A stretch of 64,000 bases of DNA from Phoronis australis (Eukaryota > Animalia > Phoronida), in assembly GCA_002633005.1 (NCBI GenBank), contig NMRA01000013.1, forward strand, positions 1,330,618 to 1,394,617. Reading direction: 5' to 3'. The stretch's first letter is position 1. The number at the start of each line of letters is the position of its first letter. Positions 26,911 through 40,775 of the stretch are shown here, in pieces. Under the pieces are notes generated by a model, which saw nothing but the letters and a program-made list of their open reading frames with translations, had not been told where the DNA came from and searched no databases. The position numbers and the translations under genes are program-made.

Positions 26911-29900
26911 TAGCCGCATTTACATGGAAGACAGTTATCACTGAGCAACTAAAACAGAATAGCTGATGGAGCACAAGGTGACACCGTGGCAGCATTTTTG
27001 ACACCAGTTCCAGAGGTAGAGCAAGTTGCTCCTGTGTCTACATATCTAAACACAAACTGGGGCAAGGCTGAAGGGGTCATCATTGTTACACTTGCCTAAT
27101 ACCAATATACCATATAGTGTAGTGATCCACTGCCGGCATCCCACATTAATGCATGTGCAGACAGTCTTCATATACATGACTCAGTTTTGCGATCTTATGT
27201 CTTGTAAATGCGACTAAAATGGAGTAAGTTGCACAATGGCAACTTGCAGTGACAACTGGTCCTGGTGTAAAAGCAACTCATGTCACCCAATATTTAAGCC
27301 CTGTCCCACGCGACGATTTGTCTCTCTGCTCCCACCCCATCATGTTCTCTCTTTGTGTGCACCCTTCACTTTTCCATTTTCATCCTAATCCCACATTTCT
27401 CCTCTCCCCTGTTCCGCCCAATGTCCCTGTCTCCCATTCATCATCTACGTCCATTCCCTAACCTTCTACACTATCTACCTCCCTACCATCCAGTAAAGTC
27501 TCCCCAATATAGGACACAATACGACAAATAGGTGAAATTTCATCTTTTTTCTTCGTAAAAGACGGACTCAATCATTTGCCAGTTTTTTAGTTTTATTCCA
27601 GCACCAGACAAAGCTTTGAGTAGTTACGGTCATTCACAACAAAGTGAAAAACGTACGAAATATGAAAATCCATGAATTCTTGCAATTGTTTTTGTCCGAA
27701 ATTGATGAGACTTTTCCGTACTCTTCTTTTGCATCTTTTTGCTGCTCTTGCGTTTTTTCTTTTGTGTCTGGCATTAGTCAATATCCCTGTTTTATACTAC
27801 CCTCTCCACCCATGCATCCTATAGGGAGGCTTATTTATATCTAGTTATTGATAAGGCAAATCAAACACACTGCCAGAGGCTTTGAAAAATCATTAGCTCT
27901 CAAGATAATTAGCCAATAACATATACAAGAAGACTGATTTATAGAATCTGGAAAGCATTCGAAGAATTGCAATCTAAAGATTTTTGTGGCTGAACATTCA
28001 TTTGTTACCGTATCTGTTTTCTCTTGTAATGGCAGGTCTCATTTTCTAATGGAAGAGTTGTATTTTTTGTGTCTACTATTTTTAGCAGATCTACATAACT
28101 TTGAATTGGCTCACCGTCTTTGTAGAAGAGAAGGCTCAGAAAACTCGTTAGTTTGGTAACCTTATTACAAAACAAGTTTCTTGAATGAAGTGTATTTTTT
28201 TGGTATAACCAAGAATAGTTGCAGCTTTGATGTGTTGCACTGTTAAGTTTTGTTTTGTGTTTTCTAACATTTTTTAGATCTCTGACCCTGTTGAAAGTTT
28301 GTTTATAGGCCCAGTGATGAAAGTCTTTTTGCATGTTTTTCTGGAAATTTATCAGGAATTTGGAAAGACTATGGCATGACTGTGAAAAGTATGGTGTATT
28401 AGCTTTGTTCGGTCGAATAAGACTTGCGTAAAAATTCATGGAAATATTCCGGAAAAAAATCTGCAAAGAAGACTCATACGAAGTGGCCTTGGGATTTGGT
28501 TTGCCTTTTAACAATTTGACTGACAGGAAAGATTAGCCAAGGCTAAATTAATGTCAGCTTAAACATTGATTAACCTTGAAGCTACCATTGATTTGTCCTT
28601 GACCAGAGTTATGTATGTGGTGCTCATTTTACATAATATAGTGACAGTTATTGTTGATGTTTACAATTGGGTCGTACATGACACAAAAGTTAAAACGTAC
28701 AATGTAGTGAAAGCTATCTAAATTTTCTGTAGATTTCTGTTGTGATGTAACGTATTCATTCTGCTTATAAATCACTCATGTTCAGTAAACGTTCATTCCG
28801 TAATTCTTCCGAATTTTCACTTTAAGCATCCATTTTGCTGTTACCCTAAGTAACGACTGTGTGACTGGGAAAGGGTATTTTGTCTGATTACTTTTGTACT
28901 CTACTGTATTGGGACAATAACCCTCGTAAACGGGTTTGAATAATTTATGGAAATTTATTCGAGATGTGGGGGAGTGTTGTTGGCAATGAGAAGATGAGTG
29001 ACGGAAAGTGGAGCCATGGCAACCATGGGGGAGGAGCAGGGTTTGCCTGTGTCTGTGTGTTCCTTTAAAAATTCTCACGTTGCTACACATTTTTCACAAT
29101 GGTTAATGCACACAACATGTTGCAGTTTCGACTGTCCTTTTTGCGACTGAGATCGGGAACAGCAATTCAATAGCACCACTGAGCTAATTTAAGGTTGCAA
29201 CTGTGTTAGTTGGCAAATTGATAACAAAAGATTCCATGGTATCCACAACAGCGCAATCTGTTGACGTTTTATTGGTGTTTAATACAATCTCATGGTACCT
29301 AAACAGCAGTTATTGGTTTATGGTGTGTAAACTTCAGTTCTGTTTTGCCAGAGATACTTGATATCTTATGCGTTAGTATCACAAACTTCAAAACCACTTG
29401 ATCTTTTTCAATGGCAGCCTTGTGCCAGTCATTGTGTATGCGTTTTTGCAGTATACCCCGCAGAACTTTAATGAAAGTTTAGAGTGCTTAAATTTTCAAT
29501 TTAAATAGGTCTGAAATTAGTTTATCTGTGGTAGACTCTTCAACTTGTATGTGCAGAAGAATATGTCCTACAACTTAAAAATAATTAAGTCGGCTGATTT
29601 GCAGGGAATATTCATTCATTGATTCAATGGTAAATAAAAACAATAACAATTGCAGCATATGATACTATGCATAGTGACTGAAATGCTTTTGGGACTTTTT
29701 CCTCGAAACTAAATCTGCACAAGTACAGCAAAATCTCACCAATTTCCGACAAAAATATTTGCCATAATTGACCTTTTCATTATTCAAAGGCTTCTAGCAG
29801 ATTTGTTGTGAATATTCTCAACTTCACAAATCATTGTCTGGTAGTAGCTATTACATTACATTTAAAACTGATAGAGCGTCTATTTTTTGCTGCTTCTCTG

Positions 29901-32900
29901 CTGAGATTGTATTACCGTTACATTGTGACCAAACCTGCGATGGTTAGCTTCCCTCTTAATCTTTTTTTGTAAGCTATAAGGTGGCAGAGTGAGTCCAGCC
30001 TAAGCAGGTGGCGTGTAAACGGGAAGAATTTTCTAGAATTTCTGTGTCGTACTGTGAGTCTCTGAATTAATTACGTTTAATAAATGTTGGACATTTCAGT
30101 TTCGCCACACCTTTATCCTGAACTTTCACCTGCAGCATGTGTAAAGTTGGGAAACTGATACAACACCTTGGAAATAACCACGCCTCTTTGTTGTTGTCTG
30201 GAGTCTTGATTACCATGTGTTAGTCCAGAAGAAAGTTACTGGGAACCATGTGCTGTATACTAGTTGAATAAGTATTTCTAAAGGCGAATTACTAGGAGTT
30301 GATACTAGTGATATTTTGGGAAGCCACGAGACAGGGAGGTCATTGTTCCTTTTCAAAATTTCCATTTCCGTTTTGGTGTTGCAGATTTTGCCGTTTCCAT
30401 TTCTTCTTTATCTGCACGTGTTGAAGTTTCGTGGATAGTACTCAGTCACATTGATAGATTTCTGCATTTTCTGACAAAACTGACAGGTTGGTGTGTTGTC
30501 CCCAATCATTTTGGTTAATCTGAAAAATCTGGAAAATAGAAAATAGTTTCCGTGCATGGGAAATTGATGGAAAATAAAAAGGGGAATAAACACATGGAGA
30601 GTTTTGCAAGGTAAGTATAACCTCTCATTCTGTGAGTCACATCAACGGTGTGCACCTTTAATTTTGCTTGGCAACATTCATAGTTAGCTGTAAGAAGATT
30701 TTTGTAGGAAAAGTAAGTCATGGAAATGAGATTGAGAACCACGTTAACAACTTATGAATTAGCTAATTCTAGTCAGCTGTAGAAGGCCAAGTGTGGTAGT
30801 TATTCTTACCAACAGGTGTCCCTAATGTTTATTATCGCCTTGGAATATTTGGTGTGGAATGGAGTACGATACTTTCTTTCTGGCCATTCATAGTATTGTG
30901 GTTTCATCCTACTCTGTTTAGACGGTTAACAATACAACAGACTCCCAAGTCCCAATTTTACCTAATGTATGTAAATCCAACCTGGTTACAATGAAACTAT
31001 TAGTAAATTTGAAGCATCCATTGTTGTTTGTTGTAATTGAGTTTGACTGTATAATGAAAGTAGCAAAATCCATGGCTTGCTTTTGAACTGTACTGGCTAA
31101 TTCAATCTAAACGTAATTTTATTTCATTGCGCAGGAACATTTTAAATCACACTTGTCTTGAAATATAACAGATTTTTTCACACATTTGTATTTCGCAAAA
31201 TATTTTCATAGTTCACAGAAATGGCTAACTGCTTTTACATATTAAAGACCTGTTCAAAACCCAATTTGGTCTTCAATTAAATTTGATTATCTTGACCCTT
31301 CTGCCAAATGTGAGCCGGCTTAATTTTTAGGATTATGTATACATTAGCTAGATTTGATATCTGTCTGTTATTAATCAGATATTTGCTTCCTGGCTTATGT
31401 TACAGTTACACTCATTTATATGTTAAATAGCGTAATTGTGTTGTCGGTCTTCATCGGAATAATTTAGCAAGTATGCTAAGTGATCCTTTTTAGTTGATAC
31501 CACCACTAGCACACTAGAACAGGCATCAGAATTTACTGGGATATAGTTAATGGTTATGTGGATGCCTTTTATAACCTTCTGTCTTGAGGTATTGTATATT
31601 GTATGTTGCACTATTGCAGTTTTGCACACAGATCATAAAGACAGTGTCTTGATCGTGGGTCATCAAAGTTCCCACAAAATGGTGTTCCGAAACCTTATGA
31701 AGGCGTAATTTTTCAAAATATCATGTACCACTTTGATATTCTTGCACAATAAAATGAAAAGACGTGCTTTTAGTGTGGATGGATGAATATTTGAATAAAA
31801 CCGTCAAATAATATCATACTGCGTGCCATTTAAAGCCACACCTGCCCATAACTCCGACGACATCCACGTATCAGGGCTCCATCGTTAATCCTCCTGTTTA
31901 CTGCTCTTCGCTTGATTCCAAGACCAAAATTAACAGTTCATACCAGTGCACACTTCCCACAACATCATTGCCATTGGTATGGAAGGCCCTTTCAACGCTG
32001 ATTCCAGAATTCTCTTCCCACATAATCCACTAATGGGTGCATAATAAACTAGTGGAAAGCTGTCTTTGATGTTGGGCCATGTACTCCTCGCAGCTCCTTC
32101 CCTTGATGGCTTTCTGTTTCATGTTTGGCTCTCCAAAACTCCAGATGGCAAGTCGCATTTACTGTTCCTAGTCCTTATATTCTTCCAACCAACCAGAACC
32201 CTGTCTGATTGTCTTAGATAGGTGCAACTGCTTAAGATGTTTATATAAGCCTGTATGTTTGCTTGCCATCTCCAATGTAGCATCCAGCTGTTGAACTCAT
32301 TAGCGAGGCACACCTGGGCATGTGAGTAGGTGTTTCACTGCGCAGAAATTGCATCAGTTGTTCTTTGGAGCTGCGATAGGAAAGTCTGACTTCGTTAGTG
32401 TGAAGTTGATCGATCAGTAGTTTGCTTTTTGCTTGTGAGTGTGAATTCTTTATATCAAACAACTATGTGTGGAACACAACACTAGAATGAGTATTGGTTG
32501 TTCTGGATTGTTGCTGATGTCAACAAGTGTAGCCGTGGCCGCAACCGTTGCTGGATGTTGTCCGGATGTGTAATGGATTTGCTGGTTAAATAATCTTCTA
32601 CTGTTCAACAAGGGATAGGATAGCCTGTTTATCAAGTGACCAGACCTACTGTGGCAGGATTCTAGTTAAAAACACTGTGTTTATAGAAAGGCGTTATGAA
32701 AGGAACATTAATATTAAGAAAACTTTCATAGCAGATACCGAGCGACAATTGTGGTAAATGTGATGTGTTATATTGAGTGAAATAGTCAAAACTGAGAAAG
32801 CCAATTAAAAGGCTAGACTGTGGTTCCACCGGGATATGTACCCTGCATACCTTTAACTGGATTGGTGTTTGCCATCAGTCAGGTGTTCTTGAACGACCTT

Positions 32901-33628
32901 TGCGTTATCTCCTTTGTTCTGGTCTGTGAACCAACAGAAAGTGAGTGATTCAAGTGGCCATCAATCTTCAGTCGGTCTTTTGGTACATTCTTGGAGTACA
33001 GGAGCACTCCTGACTGAAGGAGTTTCATGGCACCTGGTTATTTTTGCTGAGGTCAGCAGATTCCTTTTCTGATAGACATTGGAGAGGTTTAGCTGCAAAA
33101 CACAGATAGTGTCTTGTGATTGTTGACTCAGAAGTTATTGGGATGGCTCTGCTTATGATTTTAAGCCTTTTCTATTGAATCCAGCTTAGCTGCCAGTCTA
33201 CAAAAGCGAGTAGAATGATTGCCGTGTCTGTGATACAAGGTTCAGCTTGAAATTTTACACCACTGCTGGCGTTGGTGAACTCTAGTAAGGACAAATCCCA
33301 ACTTTGCTGGTAAAGCCATCACAAACAACAAAAATCTAAGATATCAGTGTCATTTTATCTGCTGATTACATGTGACACATTTTGTCAGACTATTACATAT
33401 ATCCTGGGTGACAGTAACATGCTAATTGTTTACAATATTCTGTTTCATTGATGCCACGTCACTTGTGAGGTGTCTGGAATTGGAACGACTGCATTAGGTG
33501 ACCTTGCTCGTTGATTCTTTTGTGAAATCCGCACAGTATCGTGGTCCTGTGATCATTCGCTGAATGTTGCCGCTCTACAAAGCCCTGCTAGTATCGCAAC
33601 GTTGAGCATTGACTACGAGGCTTGCAAG

Positions 33629-33768
33629 ATGGCAGTGTATAAAAAGTCCTACGATTTTACTCTGCTTTGTTTTTGCCCTTCTATGACATTTTCGTCGTCG
33701 CGAAAGAGGAGGACGTCTCGTAAACAGCAGCGTCTTGGATGCCTGACTGATGACGAATTGTACGCAAG
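33629..33768 (+). CDS. Candidate alternative first exon of IQSEC (MAVYKKSYDFTLLCFCPSMTFSSSRKRRTSRKQQRLGCLTDDELYA-R)
   Basis: caagATGG start, 46 open codons, then AG|GTAACT (phase 2), in frame with 58892. Locally CpG-enriched. No in-frame ATG back to the upstream stop at 33512. Confidence 0.6.
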
Positions 33769-36700
33769 GTAACTAAGGCGTTTTACTTCTCATAAATGTG
33801 GCTTTTGCCTTGCAGTGCGAATTGGTGAACGGTTTATCATTGCAAGACTTGCAGATCTGTGCTCAAAATGGCATGCGTTGTGACTCTGCAAATGGCACTT
33901 GATCATGCGCTACAGTGTGCTTGACCATAGTAGCCACATCATGACGTTAAAGTAACCTACATAGTTAAATGGCGATTAAGTATTTACTGGACAACATTCA
34001 GCATACCCCACAATTCACCTGTGCTTTCTGATTGGAGATTTCTTGAGAATTTAACCCATTTATACAAATTCTTTGCATCCATGCCGTCTAATTACCACCG
34101 TGGCTGTGCAGTGGGATATTCAAAGGATTGACTCAAAAATATCCAATATGTCCACGAGTGAAAGTACTTGTGAATTTTGTCTTTATGAACGTAGCTCGTC
34201 TTGCAAACCAATATTTGAAATTGATTCAAGTGAAAGTAGTGTTTGTGGTATCACAATGCCGAAGAGTTTTGTACTTCGGAAGTATCCTAATCCTTTATTT
34301 CTCATTAGAACTGATTTCTGACCTTTGGATTACCTGGCAATTGGTTATTGCTTTAGGTCATTCTCTGGCCGGCTCATCAGTAAACTATCGAAAATAGGGT
34401 GACTGGAAATAGGCTGATTGCTGCTACCAAATGCGAAGTGGAGCCACCAGTCGGCAGAGGAGTTTAATTTAGAATAGGAAACGTTGTTAATGTGACTCTT
34501 CAGCATTGTAAAAACAAAAAACATGTTCCCCAATTTCTAATTCTGTTGTGCAAGAGGGGTCATGTTGACAGGGATGTGATCCAGTTTCTTTCAGACGTTG
34601 GCTATTTTTGTGGAAATTATTTGAGTATCCTATAACAATTTGGAAATTGATACTAAAAAAATCCCACAACATTAAATTCACACAAGAATGCAGAACGCTG
34701 TCCACCAACTACCATATCGCCAGCTAGTGACTAGGCATAGTTCATCGTGTCACTGCCGCATGGGAAAATGGATATTGATTTCTGATATTTTATAAAATAC
34801 TGATCTACTCTAGAAGTTGCTCAACATTCACTATGCGAAGATTAAAAAAACTGTAACTTATGATTACAGTTGGGTGATATTATCCTGAGGTCATCAGAGA
34901 TATTTTGAACACTGAGAATATGAGCTGAAATGATTTTGACACTGTGATTCAAATTGTTACCAGACCTTGAAAGTGGTGGTCAATCAACCATGCAAGTCCA
35001 AACCTAATCATAGCCTCAGTGTATTTCTCTGCTTGTATCTTCTTGGTAATAGGGTCCACATGGTACAACTGGCACAGGTAAACACCTGTGATATATTAAC
35101 TACCTGACTGGGATACCCAAATGGTTTGCATCTGTGATGAGTCAGCTTTATTTGGTTTGTGATATTAGAATTATTCTCTTCACCCGTCGGTCCGTTTCTA
35201 TCACAGATATTCGAGGACACCATTGTGATGTGAGTGGATGATCGATGTTTGGCACATCAAGGCAAAGGACACTCACAAACTTGGGCCCCTGTGTTTTTCA
35301 TTCCTTTGACAGCTGCATTTGATCCCTGAATTATCTAGAATAAATAGAAAATTATCTGCATACAACTCCTTAGCATTGTAAGAGCACAAAAGCATCTTTT
35401 GCCTAACCCAACTTCTAAATGAGTTCGTGACGGGCCGAGTTAACAGGTACGAAATGCAATTTCTTTCATTGACAAACATTTTGAGACAGACAATTTCGAG
35501 TGAATTCTACAACATTGGCCATTGAGGCATGATGGTTGCCAAAAATTTATAAAAAAAACTACGAAATACCGCACTACATTAGCTTGTTCAAGAATGCAGA
35601 ATGCTGACCTCTAACGACCCTACTGCCATCTAGTGGCAAAGTATATTGTATGATGTTGTGGCTATGTCAAAAATGACTAGGATATTGACATATGGTTTAT
35701 TCATTTATCTTGGGTCTATTGTTTTTTGAGGTATTGAATCTTCACCAACAGTGGATGGACTGCGTTAACTGCCGTCTGACTTGCTGTCAGCTGGATGGAA
35801 ATTTTGGTCACTGTCACATGGCTTTTGGGAGACACCTTCTGTTGGCCATCTATGAAATTTCCTGTGATGGCAGATGTTTGCTTGATTGACAAATCATGTT
35901 GGCCTTGCATCAGCCAGTATGTCTGTGGTTTGCGACAAGGCTTTGTGTTCTAATTATGCTGTTTGCAAGTTTATTGATTTCAAAAACTGACAAGATCACG
36001 GTGTACACGAGATCTAATGCAATTTCTCTGTACACAATGTGCAGAGCAATGGCCCATGTCATTCTCAATCAGTGCTAAAACGACGAACTCCTGAGTACGG
36101 TTGCAATCATAAAAAGCAGTTCCTGCCCAACAATTAACGTATTGGATATCTGTCACTCGTAGTTTTTGGAAATAAAGGTTCAATGCTGGTAACCAAGCAA
36201 ATTCTAAAACAGAAGTGTTGTAATGGAGGCATTGGGTTAAAAACACTAATGATAAGAGCAATTGTATCATTTGAGATTGATGTCTTGTTGAGATTGACGT
36301 CAGTGCAAAGATTTTCCAATTTGGTTGTCATCTAATTATTCTAAGCCTTGATGGTAGCTTGAATAAGTGTGGATTTTTACCAACACTAAAAATATTTTGT
36401 TGCTCAAATAAATGCGCTCTTGGTAATGGGTATAAATATAGATCCATCGTGGGTGGGGATGTTGGGTCTCAGCACTTGTGCACTAACCTTAAAGGGAGAA
36501 TTTGTAGTTGTAAATTTTACGGTGATGTAATCACCAGTCTTTCACCAGTACTTTCATCATGGCAGGCATCTGTGACAATCAGACATTTTGCAAGTGGGTG
36601 CATAGATAGGTGCTTGCAGAATTGCCTGCCTTCATTTCTCAACACCTTCCCACATAGTTGTAGGTTTCAACATAACTCGAAAATGTTAAAGCAATACTTT

Positions 36701-37413
36701 AGTGCTACTTGCCAGTTGCAAAAAATAGAAACTAAGCTTTCACATGTCTCCCACTTTGTGTCCTACATGAATAAGATTTTACTGAGCCACTCTGTGTTTA
36801 AAGGACACCAACCCCCCAAAAAATCCCTAGATTGTTGATGAGAATGCACTGATACAGACCAAGTGTTCTGCTCCTATATACCACAACTGATAACCAGTCA
36901 GTAATAATGATCTGTTATTGGGTAATGGATAAGGTCTATTGCTAGTCAATTGACCGCAACTGACTGACTCTTTGATCAGGCCTGATAAGGCTCCCTGAAT
37001 TTACTGCTTTCTAATTGGACAATTTTAATTGCAATTGGTTTTTATGTTCCTAATACCCAGGTGTCCTTGGGGATACAGTCAGGTGTTTAAATCATTTTGT
37101 TGTCCTCAATTTCTTTGTCAGTACCACCAAAACAGCCAATTGGCACAGGGATTGGAGAAATATCTTTTTTGGAACTATCTCCACTATGATTCTTCACACA
37201 TTAGTGTCAATGCATTGTCTGACGGCGGCTGTGATACAGAACTTAAAATTGATGACGCATTTACTTGATACTACGGTAGAGACCAAAAGTGAATCAGACG
37301 AAACATTATTTTTTTCCATCATGATGAGACATTCAAACTTCATTGATGGTGAATTCCACTTGCACTCGTCAGTTATGACAGGCAATTCTACTCTAGTGAG
37401 GTGCGAATGATAT

Positions 37414-37813
37414 TCTGGGACCGAGGGTCTAATCTCAAACAAAATTGTATTTGAAATTATTTTTTTGACATTTTCCGTTGTGCTTTAACACAAACTCAAG
37501 ATAAGTGTCTATTATTCTATACTTGAGTACACTGCGGCTTACAAAGAAGAGTTTGTAGTCCTTGTTTACGCTTGATGACCCATAGATTTGAGGTGCAAAC
37601 TCAAGTAAAAATTCAAAATCTTGAATTAAAACTCGAATTCAGACTTATGCTTGTAGCTTTAACACTGGGTTCATCAAGTGCAAACGTGATTAGCCATATA
37701 TCGAGCATATATTGATGCATTTGTTGAGTTTGTGTTAAAGTTGAACGGAGAACGGAAAGCATCTAAAATATTTTCGAGTTTGATTTTGAGTACAAACCAA
37801 CCCTGGACCCTGA
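37414..37813. mobile_element. Degenerate palindromic MITE (~400 bp)
   Basis: Perfect 17-bp inverted pair ctttaacacaaactcaa (37483-37499) / ttgagtttgtgttaaag (37724-37740), an inner pair cttgatgaccca / tgggttcatcaag, and imperfect outer termini. Confidence 0.7.
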
Positions 37814-40635
37814 GTGGTAGAAAATTTGCTATCATGGTGGGGTATTTTGTCTGATAGCTTTTAACAAAGCACTGTGTATATATACAGTCACTTGTGTGTT
37901 AGTCAGATGCATAATCTGTGCATGATCCTGGTAATTACATTGATTTGAAATCCCATAGAGAATCAATAAAACGATGCCCGAGGCTGTGCTAATCATAAGA
38001 ATCCTACATCATGTTCACTACTATGTGTTTGAATCATACAGACCCTCCGGCTGGAGTTGTTGTGTTTCCGCCCCCGTGCCTCTCAATCTGGCTTGTTTCT
38101 TGAGGACGATCATCAGTTGTGTCTTGTTCTGTTGCGCCATCTGTAGGAAGCTGAGCTAACAACACCTGGTTGTTCACTCAAAGCAGAATGTGAGATACTT
38201 GGTGCTCTGCAGGTTTTCATTCAGCAGCGCCATCTCAGGGAAAGTGGTATAACTGTGCGATATTGTGAGATTTCTGAGCTCTTGATGAATAAACATAAAA
38301 GAAAATCTGAGATAATCTGAACCACTTGTCATCAAGTTAAAGGTTGGCACCAATGAGAAAGGTGAAATGTTTGAATGTAAGTATGTACATGATTAATTGT
38401 CACATTTTTTCAGTAGCAGACCACATGAACAATCTCGAACTTGTCTCATTAATGCAATTCTGTTCTTGCAAGCCATATTTCTTTTCTCGTGAACTGAAAA
38501 TTCTTTTTGTATAGATTTCTCTTTTTTGTGAACCTCAGTTCTTTTCGTTCTGCAACAGAAGGTATGAGTTGCACATGTGAAACACTGAGTGACGTGTGCG
38601 TGCTACAGTGTATCGAAACTGTCAAAGGCTTACAACTTAGCGTAAATTTGGTTCGTGAGGAAAGAAACAGGTATGTAAATATAGAATTGCAGTGTATGAG
38701 AAAAGAAGTTTGGTATACGTCATGAGAAAAGATCACTGAGAAAAGAATGAGTTCCTCATAGGATTGCCTGTGCCGTAGAGCTGTGCTTGGAGTAAGATTG
38801 ACTGCCGTTACCATTTTTCAAAGTCATTAGTTGTGTTCATTTCCCCCACTCTGTCTGTTGAATGTGGCATTGCCAGTGTACCAACCTTTGAGTGCAAGAG
38901 TACAGTGTTTATTGCTACAGTATACAGTTGAGCTATTTTTGTATCCTCTACAGGAAGCTCATCTGTAATGTTTGTATTGCCCAGACTTTAGAAAAAATAG
39001 AAAAAGCAGACTCAGCGTCTGATATTCTTTAGGTACTGAGCCTTGCCCAGATGTTGAACTTTGGTTTGGACTCTCAGTCACCGGTAGATTCCATTGTCAC
39101 ATGTATGGTATTATGTTGCCTTGTAAGTGCAGATTTCTCTGTCGTGGTTTTGTGACAAAGTATATCAAGGTTGGGTTCTTTCCTTCAAAAACCTATTTTT
39201 GTTATCAAAAGTACTATCTTTGTTGTTATCCTGCAATTTATCAATTTTTTGGTTCACACTGTTGGAATTGAGTTTGCTCTGTGTGTAATTATTGCAATAA
39301 CAATTTGTGTTCGAGGAATTAGATAATGGAGACAAGCTCGTTGCTTATATTGTTCATTGAGATTTTCATCTCGTGTGGCTTGTTTATTTTTTCATGGCGT
39401 TTTTACAGCAATTACGGTTCTTTAAATGACTGGTAGGATAATTTCAAACATTAATTTCTAAAAATAAACTTCATGGATTGCTGGTCTCCACTTAGTGATC
39501 ATAATTTAGCTATGAAAACAAACCTTGGACACTGGATGCTTTTGAACTCCAGGCAGGAAGTTGCTCTTGAAATTTGAACATAAATCTCCTCTTTCTGGTC
39601 ATTGAGTTACCATAGCAACCATGATAACTACACCATCATGTGCAGAACATCACATGACCTCATGGACCATCCTGAGTAAACAAAGTTTTGACATACACGT
39701 TGCAGGCCAGGCCAAAGATACACTTGGTCCTGGGCACTCTGGATAGCTACAAGTTTTTATGACAGCTTTTATTGCCTGAGGTATATATTATAAGGTTGTT
39801 TTGTGGATTGGCATTATCATCTGACCACCACAGTATCAGATGATGTTTTTGGCCCCAGTGAGGCCACATGGTTTATTGTTGTGACCAGTTGGCTCAATTG
39901 CTCTGTGTGTAGGGTGTTGTGAGTGTCTACTGAGGTGTTGGCTCACCTCAGTTTAGCCATGGTGGAAGTATGTAGTGGTAATGTGCTGCTCTGCGACTCC
40001 CCAGGAAGGTTCTGGATCTACATCGGCTGCCGGAAAAGGTGATGGCAATGATGGTGGTATTGTTGCATGGAATAATGTGAACTTGGTGATCTGTGTGTAT
40101 GGTACTGTCTGATAGGGCTCTTCAGCTGTTTGTGTTGAAGAATTGAGTGATCTAGCAGTTGGTGGTATTTAGTATTTAGCTTCAAGGTACTGGCTGTCGA
40201 TGTCGAGAGCTTTACCTTTCATGATAATGGTAGGTCATATGCGATACCTGTATTTTTCTGGATCACCTAGCATGGTGTTTGGATCATGTGGAGGAATTAT
40301 TTGAAAGACTATTCAGATTATCAGCACTTTTTAGGGCTTACTGCACTGAACATAGATAGTGAATGGAAGTGGTAGTGCTTGTATGTAATACCATGACTTG
40401 CAATCTACTCAGCGTAGGTGTGATTTATTGTTGTGTAATTTTTGAGGTTTTAGAAATTTAAGTACATGATTCCTCTTCAGCGTAAGTGTCCTGGGTGTTA
40501 AGGTGATCAGTCGTTGGGTCTGATTTAAAAAAGATTTGCAAATTTAGGTTTTGTGTGTTCTAGTGAACGTGGTTTAAATTTACTTTTGAGTTAATATACT
40601 TGGTAATATGTGTCTAGATGTTTGGCTAAAAATTG

Positions 40636-40775
40636 GGTAAAAGTGGAGTAAACGAGTCCTACTTCAAAATGACTGCCGAGAACCAGTTTTCACTGAATAA
40701 CAGCAATGTCCTTTATTCAGTGTTACTGATTCCCAGTAGTCATTTTGAAAAGGACCCGTTTACTCCACTTTTACC
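40636..40775. mobile_element. 140-bp hairpin MITE
   Basis: ggtaaaagtggagtaaacg..tcct..ttcaaaatgact ... agtcattttgaa..agga..cgtttactccacttttacc, with an inner cactgaataa / ttattcagtg pair. Confidence 0.85.

Noticed and set aside
26682-27461. Pro/Ser/His-rich ORFs
   Set aside because: By-products of stop-poor pyrimidine tracts.
28005-28514. 169-aa minus-strand ORF (also the 159-aa ORF at 36359-36838 and other short track ORFs)
   Set aside because: Non-ATG starts, no recognisable domain and AT-rich random-like composition; expected by chance in 64 kb.
31940-32060. Minus-strand peptide ..YYAP..MMLWEVCTG resembling kinase subdomains VIII-IX
   Set aside because: No APE, DxWS/DxYS, DFG or HRD motifs, and the frame is bounded by stops. 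Probably coincidence.
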